Shown in pieces: positions 1 to 11,220 of a stretch of 64,000 bases of DNA (position 1 is its first letter; each line of letters opens with the position of its first letter). Position numbers and translations under genes: made by a program. The notes below the pieces were generated by a model, which was not told where the DNA came from, did no database searches, and saw only the letters and a list, made by a program, of their open reading frames with translations. The stretch lies in the NCBI GenBank assembly GCA_051294375.1, contig CM119271.1:4476876-4540875 (forward strand). The letters are read 5' to 3'. The DNA comes from Paraspadella gotoi. Taxonomy: Eukaryota > Animalia > Chaetognatha.

Positions 1-584
1 AGTTTTCTAATAGATATCACACATCATTTCTGTTAGAAAGTCATTAATGAAATATATATATTAGTGTGCTAAATAGAAAGTAGAAAACTCAACGTGTCAA
101 CTGACAGGCATCGGAACGGGAAGAAGCGATGCCGTTAAAACGTAATGACAATTTTTTTTCAAGGTTTTCTTTTAGCCAAAAATTATCAATACAAGCATAA
201 CTTAACGATTATATTATTCAAATTGTTAAGCGTTATGAATTAATATTGAATAATTGGCCGAGGATCAAAAGCGAGAAAAAGGAATGACCGAAAATAGGTT
301 CATAATTTTTTATTTATAATTATTTCTATTTAAAAACAAGCTAACGGTTAATTTAACTATCTCCTTATTATGCAAATAAGATTAAGAGAAGGTAAAGAAA
401 CGCTTGATCTAAAAGATACGTATTTAAAACTTATTATTTTTATCCGGAAATAATTTTTAATATTTAAAAGGTGAGAAAAGACCTCGGTGCAGGAATTTTA
501 AAAAATATATTTTTTAAAAGAAAACCAAATGGAGACAGAGTCATTTTCGACGAGCGAGTTTAACGACGTCTATGCTAATGACGA

Positions 585-748
585 TCAATGCAGGAAATTC
601 GTAGTTTTCTGGTTAGATTGTAAATCAAACAGCGCGAAAGTCATAAAAGTTTTTCTAGGGGAAGGAAGAACAAAACAGATATGGAAAAAGGACGGAAAGA
701 CGAAGTGAGAGACAGAGACACCGAAAATCACCGCGAAGAAGGAGACGT
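585..748 (-). CDS. Candidate terminal exon of the IgSF gene: hydrophobic (TM or GPI-signal-like) tail and stop
   Basis: tttccag|AC GTC..., phase 1 matches the previous exon. Translation (H)VSFFAVIFGVSVSHFVFPSFFHICFVLPSPRKTFMTFALFDLQSNQKTTNFLH* with TGA at 585-587. T-rich DNA can mimic hydrophobic peptides, so this is tentative. Confidence 0.4.
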
Positions 749-822
749 CTGGAAATTTGGAAAAACGAAATCAAAAACATGACAAACGATGTGAGTAAAC
801 TTTTTTGGAGGGTGCGAAGGAC

Positions 823-825
<3 letters not shown>

Positions 826-863
<38 letters not shown>

Positions 864-889
864 CGAGAGAGAGACCGAATGAGAGAGAC

Positions 890-927
<38 letters not shown>

Positions 928-1260
928 GAGAGGACGAGAGAGAGAGTAGAGGAGAGAGAGAAGAGATGTTTTTTTCGCCAATTCAGCAAGATAATGAAGG
1001 AAAGAGTGGTTGGGAGGAAAAAAAAAGGCAAGAAACAATGAATAATCAACACGAGAAAAAAAATGTGGGACAAAAGAACAAATAAATAAGATTTATGGAA
1101 AAGAAATCGAAGTGGAATAGGAGAGAAAGGGAGGGAGGGGAGGGAGGGAGCGAGAGAGGGAGAAAGACGAGAGAGAGAGAGAGAGAGAGATGAGGAGAGA
1201 GAGAGAGATTGAGAGAGAGAGAGAGAGAGAGAGATTGTTAGAGAGAGAGGAGGGGAGAGG
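826..1260. repeat. (GA)n microsatellite tracts (representative of dozens across the window)
   Basis: Direct reading. GA/TC tracts border many of the N gaps. Confidence 0.95.
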
Positions 1261-3103
1261 TAGGAAGAAGGAATTGGAAAAGATGGATTTCAGAAAACGG
1301 AGAGAATATGGAAATAAGAGAGGATAAGGAGAAATAAGAAAACTAGATCGAGGGCATCGAAAATTGAAAATAATTTAATTAAGCTGCTGTGTATATTTTA
1401 ATGTAATACAAATTACAAACGCATCAAATAAGACATCAATCCCTCATTGAATCAATCAAATATCGCTCGATATCCCTTCCCAACAATGAAATCAATCAAT
1501 CTATTAATCTGCCAAATCAATAAATCAATCATCCATCAATCACGCCAATCACTCACGATTAACTCTATCGTGTTTCGCCCCCTTCGTCGTTCTGCAACGC
1601 TCTGGACTCGAACTTCCTTGTTCGGTTCTCTTCACCACCGGAAACTTTGAGCGTCACCTGGTGACAAGCAAAAAAAAAGGGGTCGAATTTGAAATGTACC
1701 CCACCTTGATTTCAATCCCCCACCCCACCCTTGATACCCGCCCTCTCCACCCTTCCTTGATCTCCCACCCCACAACCAGATATCTACTTTCCGCCGCTCC
1801 CCCTGCCCCCCCACCACCCAGATCCTCTAACCTTGATTTTCGTCCCTCGCCGAAGAGGTCAGGACTGAACCTGTGAACTCTCGACCGGTGGAGTCCGCCA
1901 GACTTTTGGCTCATGAGACTTTCGTCTTGATGTGCGGAATGGCGTCGTCCGACGTACCTTGGATGGAATGGGAATGGACTCGACCATGCAATGGACATTT
2001 AAAGGAATGGAATCGAAAGAAATGAATAGAGTGAATAGACTCATGAATGATAATGAATGCGAAGTGAATGACATGAATGACATGAATGAATTGAATGATC
2101 AATGAATGGAATGAAAGAATGAATGAATTTAAATGATTGAAGACGCAGCTCTCTTTGAGACAACTAAATTTAAAAATAAAATTGACTTTTGTTAGTATAA
2201 CTGCCGCATGCTAAACAACGAATATTTAAATCCTTCCGATAAAAAAAAATTCAATGTATGACCAAATTTACCAATGATTGCATAAGACAACAATTACGGA
2301 TTTACCACTTGATGATACTCTCGCGGGCGGGAATCGGTTCCTTGCACCAGAACGTATCTCATTATCCCAGTGTCGAGCGCAACGGCGTCTCCTTGATTGG
2401 CGACAGAGATGAATCTGCATTCTGCTAATTACTCGCTCGTATTTGATCTTGCCGCATCGCGATGACTGGGCTCATGGACAAGGCTGTTGAAAGGGGCGGA
2501 GAGAGAGGAGACGGAAGGAGAGGGAGAGAGCGGCAGAGACGACACGAGAGAGAGAGCAGACGAGAGAGAGAGTAGAGACGCAGCAGATGCGCGGAAGGTT
2601 TAACCTATAGTTCTAAAAAGTTAAATGTGAAAATGAGAGTTATCATAAGTTAAAGGAGATTTTTTGGTTCTTTAAAAAAAACTTAAAATCACAATAATCT
2701 TTTACACTCATACTATACAGTAACATGAATATTATAAATATCCTCCCTCTCTCTCTCTCTCATCTTCTCTCTCCTCCTCTCCTCTCTCTCTCTCTCCTAC
2801 TCCTCTCTCTTCCTCTCTCTCACGCCCTCCTACTCTTCCACACGGATGTGAAATCGCGCGCGCACTCTCCTACCCCCCCAAAATATAACGGATTGTAATT
2901 CCCTTTCTAAACGTATGACCTCGCCTCCGCCTCATTTCGGAAATCGACTCCTATTTGACCTTGTCTCTCGAAAGAAGTGTGAGTCCTCTCCCCTTTTTTT
3001 TCGCCGAAGTAGAAGAGGTGAGGTTCGGCGAGAAAGGTCTATTGAAACGAGCGGAAGACCTATCCATCTCTCTCTATTNNNNNNNNNNNNNNNNNNNNNN
3101 NNN

Positions 3104-3134
<31 letters not shown>

Positions 3135-3423
3135 GTAGGAAGAGGATTGAAAGATAGGATTTCAGAAAGGAGAGAATAGGAAAAAGAGAGGATAGGAGAA
3201 ATAAGAAACTGAGACGAGGGAAGCAGCGAAATTGAAAATAATTTAATTAGCTGCTTGTATATTTTAATGTAATACAAATTTACAAACGCATCAAATAAGA
3301 CATCAATCCCTCATTGAATCAATCAAATATCGCTCGATATCCCTTCCCAACAATGAAATCAATCAATCTATTAATCTGCCAATCAATAAATCAATCAATC
3401 CATCAATCACGCCAATCACTCAC

Positions 3424-3529
3424 GAGTAACTCTATCGTGTTCGCCCCCTTCGTCGTTCTGCAACGAGGATCTGAAGAGTCGAACTTCCTTGGCTTCGGTT
3501 CTCTTCACACCGGAAACTTTGAGCGTCAC
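3424..3529 (-). CDS. IgSF gene exon: D5 F/G strands and stalk
   Basis: tcaccag|GTG ACG...ACT C|gtgagt, 106 nt, phase 0 to 1. Translation VTLKVSGVKRTEAKEVRLFRSSLQNDEGGEHDRVT. Confidence 0.8.
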
Positions 3530-3686
3530 CTGGTGACAGCAAAAAAAAAGGGTCGAATTTGAAATGTACCCCACCTTGATTTCATCCCCCACCCACCCTT
3601 GATACCCCCCATTCCACCCTTCCTTGATTCCACCCCCACACAGAATCTATTTCCGCGCCCCCTGCTCCCCCCCACCACCTCCTAAC

Positions 3687-3804
3687 CTTGATTTCGTCCT
3701 CCCCGAAGAGGTCAGGACTGAACTGAAACTTGACGTGGAGTCCGCCAGAGATTTTGGTCATGAGACTTTCGTCTTGATGTTTGCGGAATGCGTCGTCGAC
3801 GTAC
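3687..3804 (-). CDS. IgSF gene exon: D5 C-E region
   Basis: ccatccag|G TAC...ATC AAG|gttagg, 118 nt, phase 2 to 0. It completes the split Trp codon and reads YVDDAFRKHQDESLMTKISGGLHVKFQFSPDLFGEDEIK. Confidence 0.8.
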
Positions 3805-3807
3805 CTG

Positions 3808-3965
3808 GATGGAATGGAATGGAATGGAATGGAATGAATGGCATTAAAGGAATGAATCGAAAGAATGAATGAATGAAAGAATGAATGAATGAATGAATGA
3901 ATGAATGAATGAATGAATGAATGAATGAATGAATCAATGAATGGAATGAAAGAATGAATGAATTT
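3808..3965. repeat. (GGAAT)/(GAAT)n microsatellite; similar tract at about 63357-63445
   Basis: Direct reading. Confidence 0.95.
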
Positions 3966-4137
3966 AAATGATTGAAGATGGAAGCTAGCGTTTGAGAACG
4001 AACTTAAATTTTAAAAAAAAATTACTTTTGTAGTATAACTGCGCATGTAAAACAACGAATATTTAAATACTTCGATAAAAAAAAATTAAATTATGACAAA
4101 TTACAATGATTGCATAAGACAACAATTACGGATTTAC

Positions 4138-4299
4138 CATGATATATTGAAGAGCGGGGGAATCGGGTTGACCAGAATATCGCATCCCAGTCGAGCGAAC
4201 GGCGTCTCCTGATTGGTCGACAGAGATGAATCTGATTCGCTAATTACTCGCTCGTATTTGATCTTGCCCGAGCACGCGATGACTGGGCCATGGACAAGG
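4138..4299 (-). CDS. IgSF gene exon: D5 A-C strands
   Basis: ttcaacag|C CTT...TCA TG|gtaaat, 162 nt, phase 2 to 2. Translation LVHGPVIACSGKIKYERVISESDSSLSTNQETPFARLGCDILVNPIPPLFNIS(W) has LxC...NPxP...IxW. Confidence 0.8.
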
Positions 4300-4737
4300 C
4301 TGTTGAAAGGGGGGCGGAGAGAGAGGAGACGGAAGGAGAGGGAGAGAGCGGCAGAGACGACACGAGAGAGAGAGCAGACGAGAGAGAGAGTAGAGACGCA
4401 GCAGATGCGCGGAAGGTTTAACCTATAGTTCTAAAAAGTTAAATGTGAAAATGAGAGTTATCATAAGTTAAAGGAGATTTTTTGGTTCTTTAAAAAAAAC
4501 TTAAAATCACAATAATCTTTTACACTCATACTATACAGTAACATGAATATTATAAATATCCTCCCTCTCTCTCTCTCTCATCTTCTCTCTCCTCCTCTCC
4601 TCTCTCTCTCTCTCCTACTCCTCTCTCTTCCTCTCTCTCACGCCCTCCTACTCTTCCACACGGATGTGAAATCGCGCGCGCACTCTCCTACCCCCCCAAA
4701 ATATAACGGATTGTAATTCCCTTTCTAAACGTATGAC

Positions 4738-4824
4738 CTCGCCTCCGCCTCATTTCGGAAATCGACCTCTATTTGACCTTGGTCTCTCGAAAGAAGGTGA
4801 GTCAGCGTCAAGGTCAGGTTTCCC
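4738..4824 (-). CDS. IgSF gene exon: D4 E-G strands
   Basis: aaag|G GGA AAC...GCG AG|gtcata, 87 nt, phase 2 to 2. Translation GNLTLTLTHLLSRDQGQIEVDFRNEAEA resembles LTLxxL..DxGxYxC..N with the Cys replaced. Confidence 0.7.
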
Positions 4825-7624
4825 CTTTTTTTCCGCCGAAGGAGAAGAGGTGAGGTTCGGCGAGGTAAGGGGTTTTAGGAGAAATATTGAACGAGGGTGA
4901 AGACCGTTGGGTGAGTTTGTGAGTGGAATGGTTGGGAATGGAGGCACCTTTTTTTCATTAATATGTTAATATAAGTATATAACATTCGAGAAAGTATAAT
5001 TTTACGTTTTTGAAAAAGCCTGTTAAGCAATGACAAATCGAAAGTAGACTTGATAAATAATATTACGCCATTTATGAAAAGCCAAAAAAAAATAACCTAT
5101 CAGGTTATTGTTTGGGCGATGTGGGAAGTGGGAGGCGCCATTGGTGAGGCAATATAAGTTAATAAAAAAAGGCGCCGCGACTCCATCGACGACTTAAGGG
5201 AAGTAAGTTACGAGTTCTGGTGAGAAAGGCGGAGAAAGAGAACGTTCAAGGTGAGGAGTGAAACAAGGATCGGGAAAAAAAAGAATATAAGTTAGAATAG
5301 AAAAGGATAATTAAATGGAATCATAAAGTAAAATCGGATCGGTTGATCGGGCGATCGCCGCTAGAATGGAATCACTGAACCGTGATTGGTCGATACGGAA
5401 CCGGAATCGACCAATCAGCTTGCAGGATCGATTAAACTGTCAAAATCGCTCTTGCCTCTGATCCTCTTCTCTAGACATAAATAAATAGTTTCAGTAGAAT
5501 TGATCTGGACTCCTGCGTGTGTCTCACCGTCACTGTATTATTCTCAGAATAAATCTCGTTTAGATTTCGTCCAAGTTTTTTCTATGTGGTGGCAGCGGTG
5601 CGAATAGAGCCCACGCCTCCAGAGATATATCAATGGTATATCAAGCGGTTAAGTAAAAGAAAGGTTACAGATTTTCATTCTCTATTTTCTCCCTCCCGGC
5701 GACATTTCACGGAAGCAAACGTCAAATGCTTGAAAAGGAAATTGATTAATGGTTTCTTGTAGCTCGAAATGTCAATGGTTTTTTAAATCCTCGACAAACC
5801 TATAAGCCCGCCGGCCCCACCCCACATTTCCACCCCAGCTCAACTCCGACCCATTTTTTTTAATCACGATGGACTGTGAAAAAAATTTTGCTTAAACGTT
5901 ATTTAAAGAAGAAGGAATCGGGGTTGCAGCCGATAATCAAGCCTTTTTTTTTTTTTTTTGCTCCATGGTGCTAGTATAACAAAAGACAAATTTCTTGGTC
6001 ATTAATTATTAATTTATTATATTATTATTATTTATTGATATATTATATTATATATTATTAATTAATAATTATTATTATCTATTAGAAAAAACTAGGGACA
6101 GATAGTAATGCTAACGGCTCTTGTGTTGTAGTAAGATGCTCCCTCTAAATTTCCAGAGACAAACACTGGAGACTTCCGCCTTCCAAATTGAATTATTATG
6201 TAAATAAACATTTTTAAGAGAAAGCAATAGTTATTTGAAATAAATAATAAGATTGAAATACTAAATTCGCTTTGATAAAATAATAAAAATAGAAATAGTG
6301 AAACAAGTAATTTGCAAAATTTTCATAGATAATCAGTACCTGTGATTAATATGCTGGCGGAGCATGTCAGAAATGTTCCCCGATTTTTAATCTTATGGTA
6401 TTCTTCCCCTTTTTTCAATATTACTTGAAATCAAAATATGAATAATATTAACATAATATTTTGCCATAATATTGTTCACCTCTGACTATTCTTGTCTAAG
6501 CACACCTTATGGCCTTCAATCACAATATACCAAAAAGATGCAACAAAAAGATCAGGTGCGGCACTTGTCCCTTTATTTTACGCAAGTAAATGTAAATTTT
6601 TTAAAATCTAATGCCAAACGAAATATTACACATATGTCATCCATATATTAAATGGCTTCAAAAATATTTTAAACTGTAATACAGAAAATATAATATATTT
6701 AATATCATGGTCATATCTGTTCAATGCAATATATAGGAGAAACCACAAAGAATAGTTTACCAGAATATAGGTTTAACAGGTCATCAAATGTCAATTAGCT
6801 CAGGCGAAAAGTTCTCAAATTATCCAGTCAACCATCTCGTTTAACAATAGAAAATCAATGGTGCTAGGAATAACTTAAGAATTATTACCAATAGAAAAAA
6901 TTAGATCCAATGAATAAGTAGGAGATAACGTCAAAATAAATTAAGACTAGAAAGGGAAGCACATTGGGAAAAAAAATTTCAATCTCTTGTAGCGCTGCCT
7001 GTTCTAGATTTGGATTATGAATGTAAGATTAAAAAGTATACGGAGATTTTGTACCAATATTCAAAAGCAAAACATCAAATATTTTGGAAATACAAAGAGA
7101 AAAGCGATCAAACATGGAAAGAGAAAAAAACGCAGAAAAATTAGAAGAGCCAGGGGCATAGTTGTTTACTTTGAACTTATTTAAGAAAATTTATATTATT
7201 AGTATATTTTCAAAAAAATCAAGAAGTAGTCTACGTGCATTGATATTAAAACCTATCTTTATAGTTTGCCACGAAGGAAAAATTATTAATTCCTATACAA
7301 TGGAAAGTAGAAAATCGAAATGATAATGAATATAAGAGAATTTACCGAGATAGCATTATAATGAATATCAGGTATACGACTATTTAAACCAGTTTTACAG
7401 AAAAAATTAAGAAAAAGAAGAACATTACCACATTAACTCATAGATAAAGGCTTGAACTATATTATCTTAGCTGGCAATTTTAAAATAGTAAAACCATACA
7501 AAACAAAATACCAATATATTTTTAAATTAACAAGGAACCCACGCCAAATATATTAGGAATAGATTATACGATAAGAGCATAGCCAGGTTTAATATTAATC
7601 TATAAAAATATGGCTTGCAAATGA

Positions 7625-10140
7625 GTTCCTAGTTGGTTGGCGGACTTCGCCTATGGCGATTAATCGTCAAGGGGCTTTTGGCGATGTTCCCGGCCCAGTT
7701 CCCGCGCGAGTCAGCCACTGGCGATGGACCCTCGCTCATGTGATACACTAGTATGGCGAATATATGAAAGCGGCTAGCTTACACGGGGAGTAGCATGTCA
7801 TGCACGCTTCAGGGCTGGCGTGCAGGCTGACTCTTGACCACCTAAAAAACACCCTAATATAGAGCCTAATCCTTTCCTCGTTTGACCGTTAAACCTCCTG
7901 TGCCTTCTCGGCCCTAAACACCTACCCCAGACACGGGCCTGGGCCTACCGTACATCTCCATGCCGTCAACCCCTAACGCCTGCCCTAAAACCGCCTTTGA
8001 TGCATCAAACCACGGCCCCTCCCCAACCTAACCGTCTAAGACAGCCAAGCCTTCCCGTTCAACTCTGTGGCCTCTCCCCTAACCCTAACGCGTCCAAGCT
8101 CAGCCTCGCCGTAACATACTCCGTCCTCAACCACACGCCTAACCCTAAACTACGCCTTCAATGCATCAACCACGGGCCCCATCCCCCAACCCTAACCCTA
8201 AAACTAAGCCTCCGTTCACTCCAGCCTGCTCCCCCTAACCCTAACCCAGGCCAGCCTCCCCCGTACAATTTCCGTGCCTCACCTAACCCTAACCGCCTTC
8301 CGATGAATCGGAACCATGGGCTCCTCCGCAACCTAACCCTAAAGCCAAGCCATGCCCGTCTCAAAACTCATGCCATCTCCACTACCCTAACCAGGCCCGG
8401 CCTCTGCCTACAATCTCCGGACTGCACCCAACCCGTATTGGCCACTCGATATATAACGCCCACGGGCCCTTCTCTCCAACCCTAACCCTAAACCGGGCCC
8501 AGCCTCACCTACATCTCCGTACCGTCAACCCTAACCCTAATTGCCTTCGATATAAGGTAACCACGGGCCTCTCTCGCCACGCCTAACCTAATCCGGCGCC
8601 CCAGGCTCACCGTACATCTCCGTGCCACTTCAACCCGCTCAACTCCTAAAACGCGGGCCTCTTGGTCATCAACAACACCTCCCTAATCCCTATCCCTAAA
8701 AATTTGACATGTAATAATAAGCCTAATAAACTTAACTTACTCAACCCCTAACGCCTAACCCTAAAACTCTAAGCCCTAACCCTAAACTACTTCAACCCTA
8801 ACCCTAACTACTACCCATCCTAACCCTAAACAACTCAACCCTAAACCCTAGACCCTAATCTGAGTTATTTAGGCGCAATGCCATAACCTATAGAACGCTA
8901 GAATGTAGTTCACAGTAAATCGCCATGGCGGGGTGTCCATGGCTAAGTTGCGATTTGGCGAATTTCGCACTGAACCTACAATCTAGCGTTCTAGTTATGG
9001 CGATTTTCGCTAAAATAAACTCAGAATTAGGGTTAGGGTTAGGGTTGAAGTTGGTTTAGGGTTCAGGGTTGAGTAGGTAGTAGTTAGGGTTAAAGGGTTG
9101 AGTAGTTTAGGGTTAGGGTTGAGTAGTTTAGGGTTAGGGTTTAGTTGATTAAGTTAAGTTTATTTTAGGCTTAAATATTAATTCAATTTTAGGGATAGGG
9201 GTAGGGAAGGGTGTTGTTGAGACTCAAACACGCCCGCGTTAGGGTTAGGGTTGAGGCCAGCGGAGAGTACGGAGGCCTGGGCCCGCGTTTAGGGTAAAGG
9301 GTTGGGAGAGAGGCCCGTTGGGTTATATATCGAAGGCAATTAGGGTTAGGGTTGAGGAACGGGGATGTACGGAGAGGCCTGGGCCCGGTTTAGGTTAGGG
9401 TTGGGAGAGGAGGCCCGTGGGTTAATATATCGACCAGGCAATTAGGGTTAGGAGTTGAGGTACGGAGATGTACGGGAGGCCCGGGCCTGGTTTTAGGGTT
9501 AGGGGAGAGGCATGGAGTTGAACGGGAGGCTTGGTTTAGGGGTTAGGGTTGCGGGAGGGGACCCATGGTTGATTTCATCGAAGGCGGTTAGGGTTAGGGT
9601 TTGAGGCACGGAGATGTACGGGAGGCTGGGCTGGGTTAGGTAGGGGAGAGCATGGGAGTTCGAACGGGAAGGCTTAGTTATCAGGGTTAGGGTGGGAGGG
9701 GCCCGTGGTTTGATGCATTGAAGGCGGTTAGGGTTAGGGTTGAAGGCACGGAGATTGTAAAGGGAGGCTGACCTGGGTTAGGGTTTAGGGGAGAGGGCAC
9801 AGAGTTTGAAACGGAAGCGCTTGGTTTAGGGTTTAGGTGTTGGGGGGAGGGGCCCGTTGGTTGTGCATCAGAGGCGGTTAGGGTTAGGGTTGAGGCATGA
9901 AGGATGTACGGGAGCCCAGGCCGCGGGTTAGGGTTAGGCGAGAGAGGCACAGGTTGAACGGGAGGTTTGGTTTAGGGTTAGGGTTGGGAGATGGACCCTG
10001 AAAGGTATGCTCATCCCGTGTTAGCTGCGCTTGTTCATAATATTCGCTACTTTTATCACTGGCAGGTCGCAGTGGGGGGGACTGGCGACATCCCAAAGCC
10101 CTGGCAATATCGCCATGGGCGAAGTCGCCAACCAACTAGA
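7625..10140. repeat. About 2.5-kb inverted repeat (foldback) with CCCTAA-rich left arm and TTAGGG-rich right arm
   Basis: ctagttggttggcg at about 7629 is the reverse complement of cgccaaccaactag at about 10126-10139. ctgagttattt at about 8860 mirrors aaataaactcag at about 9013-9024. The centre is near 8935. The arms differ by many indels. Confidence 0.9.
9027..9990 (+). repeat. Interstitial telomere-motif (TTAGGG) minisatellite with higher-order unit
   Basis: Blocks of GGTTAGGGTTAGGGTT separated by three recurring spacers of about 25-30 nt (gaggcacggagatgtacgggaggc; ggagaggca..gagttgaacgggaggcttg; ggaggggcccgtggttgatgcatcgaaggc). Mirrored at about 7840-8860. Confidence 0.85.
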
Positions 10141-10355
10141 CGCACACCTGCAACTCGCTGCGTGAATCCGGCCGGCGACATCGCTATTTGAATGAAAACT
10201 ACACTTAGGTTCTAGCGTGCAGTTTCGTCAATGTCAAGCTACTAGGCCCTTGTTCATCCCTCGGAGCCACAGTCCCGCCTGGGACCCACCTTGGGCCCTT
10301 CCAGAATGCCCGCAGTCAACCATGGGGACANNNNNNNNNNNNNNNNNNNNNNNNN

Positions 10356-11220
10356 CCGTCTAAATTCTGAGCCTATAGGATACAGTTCCTGAGCTGCAAT
10401 CGTGTTCGCCTGCATACTGCGCAGGAGTAGTTTGGCAATTTCTTGGTTTCGAGCAGTGAAATGCGCGGAAATTGCCGCGCTGAGTGAGTCCTCGAAAGTT
10501 AACAAAACCGCTATCACCCGGACGCAGCTCGATTGATTGTCTTTCCTGAGTTTTTATCCCAACTGATCGAAGCTGTGCTATTATTCCGCTTTATAACTTC
10601 CAACAGTCCTTTCTAATTGTCTGCTTCGCAGTTAGCTCAGATACGTTGTTAACAATAGTCCCAAGGAATCCAATATCTTTGTTTTCGTCCGTTGAATGTC
10701 TCTTTGTAATCCGCATAAAGAAAAGAGATACGAGAAATATTGCCTGGATACCGGGGAATGCTGAATCGAGGGTGGACACTTGGTAGCATATATACCCGTG
10801 GGCGCAGGAATTCGTTCCCACTTTGTGCGGGTTCTGTGGGACGAGAAAAGTCATCGAGTACCCATCGCACATTGATATGCTGTTGTCTGCTATTAGTCGA
10901 GCATGAGCTTGTGTTATTCTCTATCAAACCGCAAGCTTTGTCCGAGGCGCCATTTCCTTCTGGTAGAGAGATTACAACATTAAAGTTTATTTCGGTGAAT
11001 GACTTTTTAGCCAGGACGCTATGTTTACCGAAGAATGTTAGCGGGTGAGGTTGACACTCGGTATTGCCGGTTGCATGGTGCACGACCGGCCAGGAGTCAC
11101 GAATATTGCCGAGGATACTTCTCGGTAACAAAAGCCGCGCCGACAATGTGACATTATAGGTCTTGGCAATGGAATTTTTGGCGTACAAATGTGTCTTATT
11201 TTGAATCAAGGTGTATAAAA
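10356..11220 (-). pseudogene. Frameshifted intronless coding fragment, glycoprotein/envelope-like (tentative)
   Basis: Three successive minus-strand ORFs tile about 860 nt of microsatellite-free DNA. They contain N-glycosylation sequons, Cys-rich parts, a basic RITKR site, GFLGTIV and a helical-looking tail. Confidence 0.3.

Larger units (their letters stand above)
1200..4910. repeat. Direct duplication across a 25-N gap (about 1200-3078 vs 3104-4910), probable gap-fill artefact
   Basis: The same exons and flanks occur twice. The left copy is indel-ridden, while about 2475-2945 is letter-identical to about 4290-4765. Confidence 0.85.

Noticed and set aside
1550-3060. Tandemly duplicated Ig exons as a Dscam-like alternative exon cluster
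   Set aside because: The copies differ by random indels or are letter-identical and abut a 25-N gap, which fits raw-read gap fill rather than diverged paralogous exons.
6000-7600. AT-rich block as an organellar insertion or distinct element
   Set aside because: No ORF or RNA motif recognised. It looks like low-quality read sequence in a gap extension.
7997-8485. 162-aa Pro-rich ORF and other ORFs in the foldback
   Set aside because: Translations of CCCTAA repeats (PNPNP, LTLTL).
9230-9990. CRISPR-like repeat-spacer appearance
   Set aside because: The spacers are themselves repeated, the repeat is telomeric TTAGGG, there are no cas genes, and the context is eukaryotic.
7840-9990. Telomere-telomere fusion site or true chromosome end
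   Set aside because: The polarity is CCCTAA then TTAGGG, opposite to a fusion. The arrays are interrupted and internal.
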